60,371 nucleotides of DNA from an uncultured Gemmatimonadota bacterium (GCA_964584035.1 CAZOYL010000001.1:1-60371), one strand, 5' to 3'. Shown: positions 9,146 to 18,424, counted from the stretch's first letter. Translations and numbers: made by a program. The notes: generated by a model from the sequence alone, not told the origin.

Positions 9146-10414
9146 ATGGATACTGGTCGAAAAGATCCTGATCGAACAGACCATATACGGGGTCTGCAGT
9201 GCATGATCTGCGGTCAGCTGTACGGGTCCCGGGAGGTGACCTATACCTGTCCCGGATGTGGTCCCGGGGGCATCCTGGATGTGATCTACGACTACGACTC
9301 CATCGCCGGCCGATTGACCCGGGAGCGGCTGGCCGGCCGCCGGGAACGCTCTATCTGGCGCTATACGGAGCTGCTGCCGGTCGATCCCGAAGGTCCTCGT
9401 CCGCCCCTGCAGGTGGGTTGGACGCCGCTGTATCATGCGGCCGAGTTGGGCCGGTCATTGGGCTGCCCGAACCTGTATATCAAGGACGATGGACGCAATG
9501 CCACCGCCTCCTTCAAGGACCGGGCCAGCGCGGTGGGGGTGGTCAAAGCCCTGGAACAGGGCAGCGGCACCATCGCCTGTGCCTCCACCGGCAATGCCGC
9601 CTCCTCTCTGGCCGGCCTCGCGGCCAGTGTGGGACTCGATGCCGTCATCTTCGTGCCCCGGACAGCACCCAGGGCCAAGGTGGCCCAGCTGCTGATCTAT
9701 GGAGCGCGTGTTTTTTTAATCAGGGGCAGTTACGATCAGGCCTTCGACCTCTGCCTGGAGGCCACCGGACGGTTCGGCTGGTACAGCCGCAACACCGCCT
9801 ATAATCCCTATCTCTCCGAAGGGAAAAAAACGGCTGCGATAGAGATCTGTGAACAGCTGGACTGGAAAGCCCCGGATGCGGTCTTCGTCTCGGTGGGAGA
9901 CGGCTGCATCATCGGCGGTCTGTGGAAGGGATTCTACGATCTCCTGCAGCTGGGTTTCATCGATCACATGCCCCGGCTGGTGGGCGTTCAAGCCAGGGGG
10001 TGTCAGCCGATCAAACGGGCCTGGGAGACGGATCGCCCGGTATCGCCGGTCAGCCCGGAGACCCTGGCCGACAGCATCGCGGTGGGCACTCCACGGGATG
10101 CCCTCAAGGCGCTTCGGGCCGTGCGCCAGTCCGGAGGCTTCATGCTGGCCGTCAGCGACGAGGACATCCTGGAAGCCATGAGGCGGCTGGCCCGAGGAAC
10201 CGGCATCTTCGGAGAGCCGGCCGGGGTGACGGGTTTTGCCGGATTGATGCAGGCTCTTTCGGAGAATCGGGTTCGCGGGGATGAGCGAGTGGTCGTGGTC
10301 ATGACGGGCAATGGTCTCAAGGATATCGAGGGAGCCCTGCGGGCCACACCGTCGCCGGTGGAGATCGATCCCACCCTGGATGCTGTGTCAGAGTGCCTGG
10401 AGGGAACAGGATGA
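9146..10414 (+). CDS. Threonine-synthase-family fold-type-II PLP enzyme with N-terminal CxxC...CxxC zinc ribbon
   Basis: CMICGQ...CPGCG ribbon, SFKDRAS PLP-lysine motif and ASTGNAA. Function in this context is unknown. Confidence 0.7.
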   Translation: MDTGRKDPDRTDHIRGLQCMICGQLYGSREVTYTCPGCGPGGILDVIYDYDSIAGRLTRERLAGRRERSIWRYTELLPVDPEGPRPPLQVGWTPLYHAAELGRSLGCPNLYIKDDGRNATASFKDRASAVGVVKALEQGSGTIACASTGNAASSLAGLAASVGLDAVIFVPRTAPRAKVAQLLIYGARVFLIRGSYDQAFDLCLEATGRFGWYSRNTAYNPYLSEGKKTAAIEICEQLDWKAPDAVFVSVGDGCIIGGLWKGFYDLLQLGFIDHMPRLVGVQARGCQPIKRAWETDRPVSPVSPETLADSIAVGTPRDALKALRAVRQSGGFMLAVSDEDILEAMRRLARGTGIFGEPAGVTGFAGLMQALSENRVRGDERVVVVMTGNGLKDIEGALRATPSPVEIDPTLDAVSECLEGTG

Positions 10415-10917
10415 AAGAATCGACCGGCCTGGTGGAGATACGGCTGACCATCAATGGGGCCAAACGGCGCCTGCAGGTGCCTCCGGAGACGACGCTTCTG
10501 GAATTGATCCGCGATCATCTGGGGCTGACCGGAACGAAGGAGGGCTGCGGTCAGGGCCAATGCGGAACCTGCACCGTCCTGCTGGAAGGCCGGCCGGTCA
10601 ACTCCTGCCTGGTGCTGGCAGCTCAGGCCGATGGGCAGCAGGTGACCACCATCGAGGGCCTGATTCGGAAGGGGCAGCTGGATGCCGTCCAGAGCGCCTT
10701 CATCGATGAGGGCGCCGTCCAGTGCGGATTCTGCACGCCGGGCCTGATCCTCACCGCCCGAGCTCTGCTGGATGAGAATCCGGATCCCAGCGAGGAGCAG
10801 ATCCGGGAGGCCATCTCCGGCCACCTGTGCCGCTGCACCGGGTATGCCGCCATCGTGCGAGCTATCCGCCGGGCGGCTTCAGAGACATCGGCCGGGAAAG
10901 AGAACCCTTCATCATAA
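10411..10917 (+). CDS. (2Fe-2S)-binding small subunit of a Mo-hydroxylase (CoxS/XdhC-type)
   Basis: GCGQGQCGTCTV and CGFCTPG...CRCTGY cluster motifs. There is an ATGA overlap with the upstream stop. Confidence 0.85.
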   Translation: MKESTGLVEIRLTINGAKRRLQVPPETTLLELIRDHLGLTGTKEGCGQGQCGTCTVLLEGRPVNSCLVLAAQADGQQVTTIEGLIRKGQLDAVQSAFIDEGAVQCGFCTPGLILTARALLDENPDPSEEQIREAISGHLCRCTGYAAIVRAIRRAASETSAGKENPSS

Positions 10918-10927
10918 GGAGGTGATC

Positions 10928-12232
10928 ATGTCCGATGGCCCCTTTCGATTGAAGCAGTATCACAGCACCGTGCGTCAGGAGATCCTGGGTGGCGTGACCA
11001 CCTTTATCACCATGGCCTATATCATCATCGTCAACCCGGCCATTCTGGAGGCGGCCGGCATTCCCCGGGGACCCTCCATGGTGGCGACTATTCTGGCCGC
11101 CGCCTTCGGAACGCTGATCATGGGGCTCTATGCCAACCGGCCGTTCGCCATCGCGCCCTACATGGGAGAGAATGCCTTCATCGCCTTCACCGTGGTGAAG
11201 GTCATGGGCTACAGCTGGCAGACCGCCCTGGGCGCTATCTTCATCGGGGGCATCCTGTTCACCGTGCTGACCGTGCTGCGACTGCGATCCTGGCTGGCCA
11301 ACTCCATTCCCCAGGGATTGAAGTTCAGCTTTGCCGCCGGCATCGGGCTGTTCCTGACCTTCATCGGTCTGAACGAGACCGGATTGGTGGTCCTGGGTTC
11401 CCCCGGGGCGCCGGTCAGACTGGGGCAGATGACCAGTCTGCCGGTGCTGCTGTCGGTGTTCTGTTTTCTTCTCATGGGGGTTCTGCTGATCTGGAAGGTT
11501 CGCGGAGCGCTGCTGTTGAGCATCCTGGTCGCCACCCTGCTGGCCATCATTCTGAAGATCGTGCCGGCTCCGGAGCGGATCGTCAGCCTGCCGCCCAGCC
11601 TGGGTCCTATCTTTCTGAAGCTGGATATTCTGGGAGCTCTCACCTGGGGATTCTTCGCCGTCATCCTGACCGTCTTCGTGATGGATTTCGTCGATACGAT
11701 GGGTACGCTGATCGGCGTCTCGGCCCGAGCCGGGCTGCTCGACGAGAACGGCAATCTACCCCAAATCGAGAAGCCCATGCTGGCCGACTCGCTGGCCACG
11801 GTCGTGGGCGCTCTGCTGGGCACTACCACCACCGGCACCTATATCGAGTCGGCCGCCGGCATTGAGGCTGGTGCCCGCACCGGCCTGTCGGCGGTGGTCA
11901 CCGCCATCATGTTCCTGCTGGCTCTGTTCCTGGCCCCCGTGGTCACCGCCGTGCCGCCTCTGGCCTATGGTCCGGCCCTCATCGTGGTGGGCCTGTTCAT
12001 GCTCAGCCCCATTGCCCGCATTAAATTCGATGATTACACCGAGTTGATCCCGGCCTTCATGACGGTCGTGCTGATGAGCTTTACCTATAATATCGGCGTG
12101 GGCATGACGGCAGGATTTGTTCTCTATCCGTTCTTCAAACTTATGGCCGGCCGCTCCCGTGAGGTGCATCCCGGCATGTGGGTTCTGGGGGCGCTGTCGC
12201 TGTTGTTTTATATCTTCTACCCATATGGTTGA
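10928..12232 (+). CDS. AzgA/NCS2-family purine (adenine/guanine/hypoxanthine) permease
   Basis: The N-terminus FRLKQYHSTVRQEILGGVTTFITMAYIIIVNP and a polytopic hydrophobic profile. AAGGAGG lies upstream of ATG 10928. Confidence 0.8.
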   Translation: MSDGPFRLKQYHSTVRQEILGGVTTFITMAYIIIVNPAILEAAGIPRGPSMVATILAAAFGTLIMGLYANRPFAIAPYMGENAFIAFTVVKVMGYSWQTALGAIFIGGILFTVLTVLRLRSWLANSIPQGLKFSFAAGIGLFLTFIGLNETGLVVLGSPGAPVRLGQMTSLPVLLSVFCFLLMGVLLIWKVRGALLLSILVATLLAIILKIVPAPERIVSLPPSLGPIFLKLDILGALTWGFFAVILTVFVMDFVDTMGTLIGVSARAGLLDENGNLPQIEKPMLADSLATVVGALLGTTTTGTYIESAAGIEAGARTGLSAVVTAIMFLLALFLAPVVTAVPPLAYGPALIVVGLFMLSPIARIKFDDYTELIPAFMTVVLMSFTYNIGVGMTAGFVLYPFFKLMAGRSREVHPGMWVLGALSLLFYIFYPYG

Positions 12233-12803
12233 GAGAATCTCGGCGATCGTACTGGCGGCCGGGGCGTCGCGCCGGATGGGGCGGCCCAAGCCGCTGGTCT
12301 CTTTAGGCGGGAGGACCATCCTGCAGCGCACCCTGGATCATCTGCGGACCTCCCGGGTGGACGAGATCGTGGTGGTTTTAGGACACCGGGCCGAGGATAT
12401 CCTGCCCACCCTGCGGGGACTGGAATGCCGGGTGGTGATCAACCGCCGGCACGCCCTGGGGATGAGCAGTTCCATTCGCAGAGGTCTCCAGGCCGTTCAT
12501 CCGCGGTCGCGGGCCGTCCTGCTGACCCTGGGGGATCAGCCGTACATCGGCTCCCGAGTCATCGACCGGCTGGTGGAGGTTTCTCACCGTGACAAGCGTT
12601 CCATCGTCGTGCCCACCTTTCAGGGCCGCAGGGGCCACCCGGTTCTCTTCCGCCGGGAGATCTGGCCGCGGTTGCAGGCCCTCACGGGGGATGTCGGGGG
12701 GAAAGAGCTGCTGCGCCGGTATCCTGAAGATGTCTGTGAGGTCGAGGTCGATGACCGGGGCGTTCTGATGGACATCGATCGTCCCGAGGATACCGGCCGA
12801 TGA
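12225..12803 (+). CDS. mocA: Molybdenum cofactor cytidylyltransferase (MocA/YgfJ-like)
   Basis: AIVLAAGASRRMGRPKPL nucleotidyltransferase motif. It overlaps the permease stop by 8 nt. Confidence 0.75.
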   Translation: MVERISAIVLAAGASRRMGRPKPLVSLGGRTILQRTLDHLRTSRVDEIVVVLGHRAEDILPTLRGLECRVVINRRHALGMSSSIRRGLQAVHPRSRAVLLTLGDQPYIGSRVIDRLVEVSHRDKRSIVVPTFQGRRGHPVLFRREIWPRLQALTGDVGGKELLRRYPEDVCEVEVDDRGVLMDIDRPEDTGR

Positions 12804-12881
12804 CCATCATCCGGCCGTTGCGGACCGGAGCCGTTTATAACCGCTCCTGACTCCAGAGATGGTCTGGTGGGAGAAGTCGAC

Positions 12882-13757
12882 ATGCTGGATCGATTTAAAT
12901 ATCATCGGCCGGACAACCTGGAGGAAGCTCTCCGGATTTTACAGCAGGACGGGCAACGGGCCAAGATCATGGCCGGGGGGACCGATCTGCTGGTCCGCAT
13001 GAAGGAAGGGACCATCCGGCCGGAGATCGTCCTGGATATCTCAGGGCTGGCCGAGTTGCACGGCATCCAGCGCCGGGAGGAATGGATCTGGATCGGACCG
13101 CTGGCCACGCATCGGGAGGTTTCCGAGTCGAACCTGATTCGATCACATGGCCAGGCCCTGGCGCAGGGCTCCTCGCGCGTGGGATCTCCCCAGATCCGCC
13201 ATCGCGCCACCATCGGAGGAAATATGGCCAATGCCTCGCCGGCCGCTGACACCGTGCCGCCGCTGTTTGTTCTCCAGACCGAGGTGGCGATCTCATCGAT
13301 GAAGGGCAGCCGCTGGCTCCCGGTGGACGATTTCTTCACGGGCCCCGGTGAGACCGTTCTGAGGCCGGATGAGCTGGTCACGGGATTGAGGTTTCCGGTG
13401 CCGTCCGACGACAAGCGGAGCCTGTCCCGTTACGAAAAGTTCGGCACCCGCAACGCCCTGTCGGTGGCGGTGGCCTCTGCGGCCGTGGCGGCGGATATGG
13501 AGCCGGACGGAAAACTGACCCGGGTGCGAATCGCCCTGGGGTCGGTCAGCCCGGTGGTGCTGCGAGCCCGGGAGGCCGAGCAGCTGCTGACCGGACAGGT
13601 GCCCGGGGAGGAGCTTATCGCCCGGGCGGCGCGGGCGGCAGCGAAGCAGTGCTGCCCGATCGATGACGTCCGCGGCTCGGCCTGGTACCGCCGGCGACTG
13701 GTGCAGGCATTGTTGGCCCGTATCCTGAGGGCTTGGATGATAGGGAGTCGCTCGTGA
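12882..13757 (+). CDS. FAD-binding medium subunit of a Mo-hydroxylase (CoxM/XdhB/YgfM-type)
   Basis: F.YHRPDNLEEAL...IMAGGTDLL and ATIGGN motifs. Confidence 0.8.
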   Translation: MLDRFKYHRPDNLEEALRILQQDGQRAKIMAGGTDLLVRMKEGTIRPEIVLDISGLAELHGIQRREEWIWIGPLATHREVSESNLIRSHGQALAQGSSRVGSPQIRHRATIGGNMANASPAADTVPPLFVLQTEVAISSMKGSRWLPVDDFFTGPGETVLRPDELVTGLRFPVPSDDKRSLSRYEKFGTRNALSVAVASAAVAADMEPDGKLTRVRIALGSVSPVVLRAREAEQLLTGQVPGEELIARAARAAAKQCCPIDDVRGSAWYRRRLVQALLARILRAWMIGSRS

Positions 13758-14245
13758 GAACGAAAATTCAAGACGGCAACATTCAAGATGACGTTGTTCA
13801 AGGTGACGTCGGTAAAAATGACATTGGTAAAAATGGCGTTGTCAAAAAAGACGTCTGGAGAGATGACGGCATGTGTTTCGTCTGCGGGCCGAAAAATCCC
13901 ATCGGCCTCAAACTCCGTTTCACCCTGACGGCCGATCGAGCCCTGGAGACCATCTTCAACCCTCAAAAGGTTCACCAGGGATACGCCGATGTGGTTCACG
14001 GGGGCATCATGGCTACCATCCTGGACGAGGTCATGGTGAACCTGCCCAATCAACTGGGGCAGAAAGCCGTCACCGCCCGCATGACCGTATCTCTGAAGCG
14101 GCCGGCCATGGTGGGGCAGCCGTTGTCTTTCCGGGCCCGGATCATCGGTGAGACCCGCCGCACCATAGAGGCCGCGGCCACGGCCCGGCGGGCTGACGGT
14201 ACGCTGGTGGCCGAGGCCAGCGGAACGCTGATGAAAATCCCCTGA
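13754..14245 (+). CDS. PaaI-family hotdog thioesterase; the start is ambiguous (GTG 13754 including a repeat-encoded N-terminus, or ATG 13871)
   Basis: CFVCGPKNPIGLKL...HGGIMATILDE is typical of PaaI/YbgC-like proteins. GTGA overlaps the upstream stop and GGGAG lies upstream. Confidence 0.65.
   Translation: MRTKIQDGNIQDDVVQGDVGKNDIGKNGVVKKDVWRDDGMCFVCGPKNPIGLKLRFTLTADRALETIFNPQKVHQGYADVVHGGIMATILDEVMVNLPNQLGQKAVTARMTVSLKRPAMVGQPLSFRARIIGETRRTIEAAATARRADGTLVAEASGTLMKIP
13766..13870 (+). repeat. Seven tandem degenerate 15-bp units, low GC
   Basis: The units are attcaagacggcaac, attcaagatgacgtt, gttcaaggtgacgtc, ggtaaaaatgacatt, ggtaaaaatggcgtt, gtcaaaaaagacgtc and tggagagatgacggc. The array ends exactly at ATG 13871. 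Confidence 0.85.
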
Positions 14246-14293
14246 TGAAAGAGAGATGCCCGCGGACCGTCCATTCCATCAAGGAGCCCTTTT

Positions 14294-14644
14294 ATGGTTA
14301 CGGTGAAAAAGGTTGCAGAAGTGCCCGGCAGCGAGGTTCGCCTTTCGGGTGTGCAGGGCGTCCGCATCAGACGGCTCATCGGAGCTCCGGACCAGGCACC
14401 GACCTTTGCCATGCGGCTGTTCGAGGTGGAGCCGGGCGGTTTCACCCCCCTGCATACCCATGCTCACGAGCATGAGGTCTTCATTCTCAGCGGCCGAGGT
14501 GTCGTCAGGGGTCCCTGGGGGGAGAAGCCGCTGGTGCCCGAGACGGCCGTCTATGTTCCGCCTCAGGTGAAGCACCACTTCCTCAACGCGGGCGATGAGC
14601 CTTTCCGTTTCCTGTGCCTGGTCCCTCTGGCGGCCGACGGCTGA
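14294..14644 (+). CDS. Cupin-domain protein
   Basis: The GGFTPLHTHAHEHEVFILSG cupin motif 1 pattern. Confidence 0.7.
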   Translation: MVTVKKVAEVPGSEVRLSGVQGVRIRRLIGAPDQAPTFAMRLFEVEPGGFTPLHTHAHEHEVFILSGRGVVRGPWGEKPLVPETAVYVPPQVKHHFLNAGDEPFRFLCLVPLAADG

Positions 14645-14748
14645 GGATGAACGGACCGGAGAAAAGTGTTGATTTTTTCGAGTTGACACCATTACTTTGA
14701 TTAAATGGGTCGCGAAAGATACTCTTTCGCCCTGTGTGAGGAAGGCAG

Positions 14749-16026
14749 ATGAAGGTACTGCTGGTGGGTGGTGGGGGGCGTGAACATGCTCTGGCCTGGA
14801 AGATATCCCGGAGTCCGCTGAAACCGCAGCTGTACGCCGCCCCGGGCAACGCCGGTATCGAAGAGCTGGCCGAATGCCTGCCCATTCCGGCCACGGACAT
14901 CGATGCGTTGACCGCCTTCGCCCGGGAAAAGGGGATTGATTTCACCATCGTCGGACCGGAGGCTGCTCTGGAGCGCGGCCTGGTGGATCGGTTTCATGGC
15001 CATGGAATGAGCGTCTTCGGCCCCACCCGTGAGGCCGCTCGTCTGGAGACCAGCAAGGTTTTCGCCAAAGAGTTCATGGCCCGGCACCATATTCCCACGG
15101 CATCGGCCCTGGTTTATGATTCTCCGGACGCGGCCAAGCGAGTTGTTCGTGAAGGGGCGCTACCCCTGGTGATCAAGGCCGATGGACTGGCTGCCGGTAA
15201 AGGAGCCATCGTGGCCCGGACCACGGATGAGGCTCTGGCGGCCGTTGATCGAATCATGGTGGAGAGGGTTTTTGGTGAGGCCGGACGGCGTCTTATTATA
15301 GAAGAGTACCTGAGGGGAGAAGAAGCTTCCATTCTCGCCCTGGTCGACGGAGAACGATACCTGACCATGATTCCCTCTCAGGATCACAAGCCCATTTTCG
15401 ACGGAGACCGGGGGCCCAACACGGGTGGCATGGGTGCCTATGCTCCGGCCCCGGTGGTGGCCGAGGCCATCATGCGCCAGGTGGAGGAAAGGATCCTGTC
15501 GCCGGCCGTTTCGGGCATGGCCCGGGAGGGGTGTCCCTTTCAGGGCGTGCTGTATGCCGGTCTGATGATCACGAGCGACGGACCGCAGGTGATCGAGTTC
15601 AATTGCCGTTTCGGGGATCCGGAGATTCAGGCCGTCGTGCCCACCCTGCGGGACGATCTCCTGGAGTTGATGATGGCGACCGCCAGGGGTGACCTCAAGG
15701 GGGCGGGAGCCCTCAGGTTTGAGGGGGTGGCGGTCTGTGTGGTGATGGCCTCGGGAGGCTATCCCGGTTCCTATCGTAAGGGGTACCCGATCCATGGTCT
15801 TCAGGATCAGGTCCCGGGCGTTATCATTTTTCATGCCGGGACCCGGAGAGAGCATGCCCGCGTGCTCACCGATGGGGGCCGGGTGTTGGGTGTAACCGGC
15901 GTTGGATGCGATGTTGCCGAGGCGCGTCAGCTGGCTTACCGGGCGGTGGAATCGATATCCTTTCAGGACGCGCAATACCGCAGCGATATTGCTCATCGGG
16001 CCCTTCGTCAGCCGGCCATTTCCTGA
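14749..16026 (+). CDS. purD: Phosphoribosylamine--glycine ligase
   Basis: MKVLLVGGGGREHALAWK start and an ATP-grasp body. GAGGAAGG RBS. Confidence 0.9.
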   Translation: MKVLLVGGGGREHALAWKISRSPLKPQLYAAPGNAGIEELAECLPIPATDIDALTAFAREKGIDFTIVGPEAALERGLVDRFHGHGMSVFGPTREAARLETSKVFAKEFMARHHIPTASALVYDSPDAAKRVVREGALPLVIKADGLAAGKGAIVARTTDEALAAVDRIMVERVFGEAGRRLIIEEYLRGEEASILALVDGERYLTMIPSQDHKPIFDGDRGPNTGGMGAYAPAPVVAEAIMRQVEERILSPAVSGMAREGCPFQGVLYAGLMITSDGPQVIEFNCRFGDPEIQAVVPTLRDDLLELMMATARGDLKGAGALRFEGVAVCVVMASGGYPGSYRKGYPIHGLQDQVPGVIIFHAGTRREHARVLTDGGRVLGVTGVGCDVAEARQLAYRAVESISFQDAQYRSDIAHRALRQPAIS

Positions 16027-16132
16027 AGATCCCAGCGGTGTCCGGACCAACGGGAGGAGACCTGTCCGTGGGAGCCGGACGTTCAGAGACTTCCATGTCG
16101 TCAGGGGAGAACCCTGAAACAGGAACGATGCG

Positions 16133-17335
16133 ATGAAAGCTGTGCTGAACATACCGGCATCATCTTTCCACAAGGGCGGCCCTTTCCGCTTGCCCAAATG
16201 GTTGCCGACCTATCTGTTGCTGATTTGCCTGGCGTTGTTCTCCATCGGCAGCGCCGTGGTAGTGGATGTTCCCCGGGTGTCGAAGGTCGGCGCCATCTCC
16301 ACCATGCGGGCCGGCGCCGGAGGAGCGAATGCCGGCGGGGAGCTCAATTTCGTTCCTCTCGCAATGCAGCGGCACGATCCAGAGGAAGGCAATGTTCATA
16401 TCGTTGAAGATGGTGATGATCTGTGGACCCTGGCCAGTGATTACGGTACCAGTGTCGAGGCCATTGTACGGATGAACCGGTTTACCTATGCCCGCCGGCT
16501 GAAACCCGGTCAACAGCTGAGTATACCGGCTCATAGCGCCGAAGGCAGTGACCTGATGAATCTGTGCCAGCCGCACATCGACTGGTTTCCGGGTTTTGCA
16601 GAGCAGATGGATTGGCCGCCGTTGACCAAAACCACGCACACCGTTCAGCCGGGAGAGAATCTCTGGATCATTGCCCGGCAGCACGGTGTGGATGTCCCCA
16701 CACTGTTCGGCGCCAATGAGCAGCTGGATGGCGGTTACATCCATCCCGGCGATCAGTTGGTGGTTCCCTCCCAAAAGGGCGTGCTGGTTACGGTCAAGAA
16801 GGAAAAATCTCTTTCAGAGATTGCCGATCGATACCGTGTGCCCCTGGCCACGGTAGCCAGAGCCAATCATCTGGAACACAACGCCCGGCTCGAAGCAAAT
16901 CAGGAGATTTTCGTCCCCGGAGGACGTCCCCTGGATCGGGGCACCTTCATCTGGCCGCTGGTGAATTTCGGGCGCATCAGTTCCGGATTCGGCTATCGCA
17001 CACATCCCATCTATCATCGCCGGCTGTGGCATTCGGGAATCGATCTCACTGCCGGTTATGGCACGCCCATCCGGGCGGCCCGCAGCGGAAGAGTGATCAG
17101 CAGCGGGTGGAACGGCGGACTTGGCAAGACGGTCGTTATACGGCATGATAACGGTTTTCAAACGGTCTACGGTCACTGTTCCAAGGTTCATGTCAAGAGA
17201 AATCAGTATGTCAAAAAGGGACAGACCATTGCCTCGGTGGGAAGCACCGGGCTGGCCACCGGTCCCCATCTTCATTTCGAAGTGCGCAAGGGAGAACGAG
17301 CCGTCAATCCCATGAGGTATCTGCCTTACTGGTAA
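16133..17335 (+). CDS. LysM-repeat M23 metalloendopeptidase (murein hydrolase)
   Basis: Three LysM-like segments (e.g. HTVQPGENLWIIARQHG). The M23 motifs HSGIDL and GPHLHFEV are present. Confidence 0.8.
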   Translation: MKAVLNIPASSFHKGGPFRLPKWLPTYLLLICLALFSIGSAVVVDVPRVSKVGAISTMRAGAGGANAGGELNFVPLAMQRHDPEEGNVHIVEDGDDLWTLASDYGTSVEAIVRMNRFTYARRLKPGQQLSIPAHSAEGSDLMNLCQPHIDWFPGFAEQMDWPPLTKTTHTVQPGENLWIIARQHGVDVPTLFGANEQLDGGYIHPGDQLVVPSQKGVLVTVKKEKSLSEIADRYRVPLATVARANHLEHNARLEANQEIFVPGGRPLDRGTFIWPLVNFGRISSGFGYRTHPIYHRRLWHSGIDLTAGYGTPIRAARSGRVISSGWNGGLGKTVVIRHDNGFQTVYGHCSKVHVKRNQYVKKGQTIASVGSTGLATGPHLHFEVRKGERAVNPMRYLPYW

Positions 17336-17404
17336 GATGAGCGCGGGGTTGAACCGTTCATCCGGACTGTTCTGGATCGGCGCACCCCGAATGTGGAGGA
17401 AAGC

Positions 17405-18424
17405 ATGCCAGAATTGAGAAAAGATCCGGTCATCGGACGATGGGTCATCATCGCCACCGACCGAAGCAAGAGACCCGATGACTTCGGCTCGCTCGAGGAA
17501 GTGCCTCAGAGCGCCGAGAACTGTCCGTTCTGTCCGGGTAATGAGTCTATGACGCCTCCGGAGATTCTTGCCTATCGCGATTCCGACAGCAAACCGAACG
17601 AGCCCGGCTGGAGATTGCGAGTGGTCTCGAACAAATACCCGGCCCTGAGAATCGAGGGCCAGCTCAATCGGCGAGGCAATGGGATGTTCGATATGATGCA
17701 GGGTGTCGGGGCGCATGAGGTCATCATCGAGACGACCGATCATCGCAAAACGCTGGCCGATCTGGAAATCAGGAATATAGAAGAAATACTATGGGCCTAT
17801 TGTGAGCGGATCCTGGATCTCAAGAAGGATGACCGTTTCCGGTATGTCCTCATCTTTAAAAACCAGGGACAAGCCGCCGGAGCCTCTCTGTCTCACAGCC
17901 ACAGCCAGCTCATTGCCACCCCCATCGTTCCCAAGCGGGTCATGGAGGAGTTAAAGGGCGCCAGCGAATATTACGAATATAAGGAGCGCTGCGTCTTCTG
18001 TGATTTACTGACCCAGGAGTTGAGGGATAAAGTGCGGATCATCGAGGAAAATGAACATTTCGCGGCGATCGCGCCGTTCGCCTCGCGTTTTCCTTTCGAG
18101 ACCTGGATCATTCCCAAGATCCATGAGGCTCATTTCGAGGAGGCCACCAAGCCAGAATTGACCCAGCTGGCCGGACTATTGAAGAGCGTGACCGGAAAGC
18201 TGAAAAGGACCCTGAAGAAGCCGCCGTATAATTTCGTCTTACATACAGCTCCCTATATCGATGATTATTCCAAGGAATATCATTGGCATATCGAGCTCAT
18301 GCCCAAACTGACCCGTGTGGCGGGATTTGAATGGGGCACCGGCTTTTATATCAATCCCACGCCTCCCGAAGATGCGACCAAGTTTCTGAACAATGACACG
18401 GCATCATCCTCGCAAGGAAGTTAG
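17405..18424 (+). CDS. GalT-like HIT-superfamily hexose-1-phosphate nucleotidyltransferase/phosphorylase, paralog 1
   Basis: LRKDPVIGRWVII, CPFCPGNE zinc motif and SHSHSQL histidine motif. GGAGGA RBS before ATG 17405. Confidence 0.75.
   Translation: MPELRKDPVIGRWVIIATDRSKRPDDFGSLEEVPQSAENCPFCPGNESMTPPEILAYRDSDSKPNEPGWRLRVVSNKYPALRIEGQLNRRGNGMFDMMQGVGAHEVIIETTDHRKTLADLEIRNIEEILWAYCERILDLKKDDRFRYVLIFKNQGQAAGASLSHSHSQLIATPIVPKRVMEELKGASEYYEYKERCVFCDLLTQELRDKVRIIEENEHFAAIAPFASRFPFETWIIPKIHEAHFEEATKPELTQLAGLLKSVTGKLKRTLKKPPYNFVLHTAPYIDDYSKEYHWHIELMPKLTRVAGFEWGTGFYINPTPPEDATKFLNNDTASSSQGS

Noticed and set aside
13766-13870. The 15-bp tandem array as a CRISPR array or minisatellite of mobile origin
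   Set aside because: The units are contiguous with no spacers, are only 15 bp long, are degenerate, and are in phase with the reading frame. No cas or mobile-element genes are nearby.
14645-14748. A possible ZTP/pfl-type or other purine riboswitch upstream of purD
   Set aside because: Only a short hairpin (gcgaaag-atact-ctttcgc) after GGGTC is present. The second conserved half (CCGCCTGGGC-like pseudoknot partner) is absent, and the region is too short for the full motif. A covariance-model scan would be needed to be certain.
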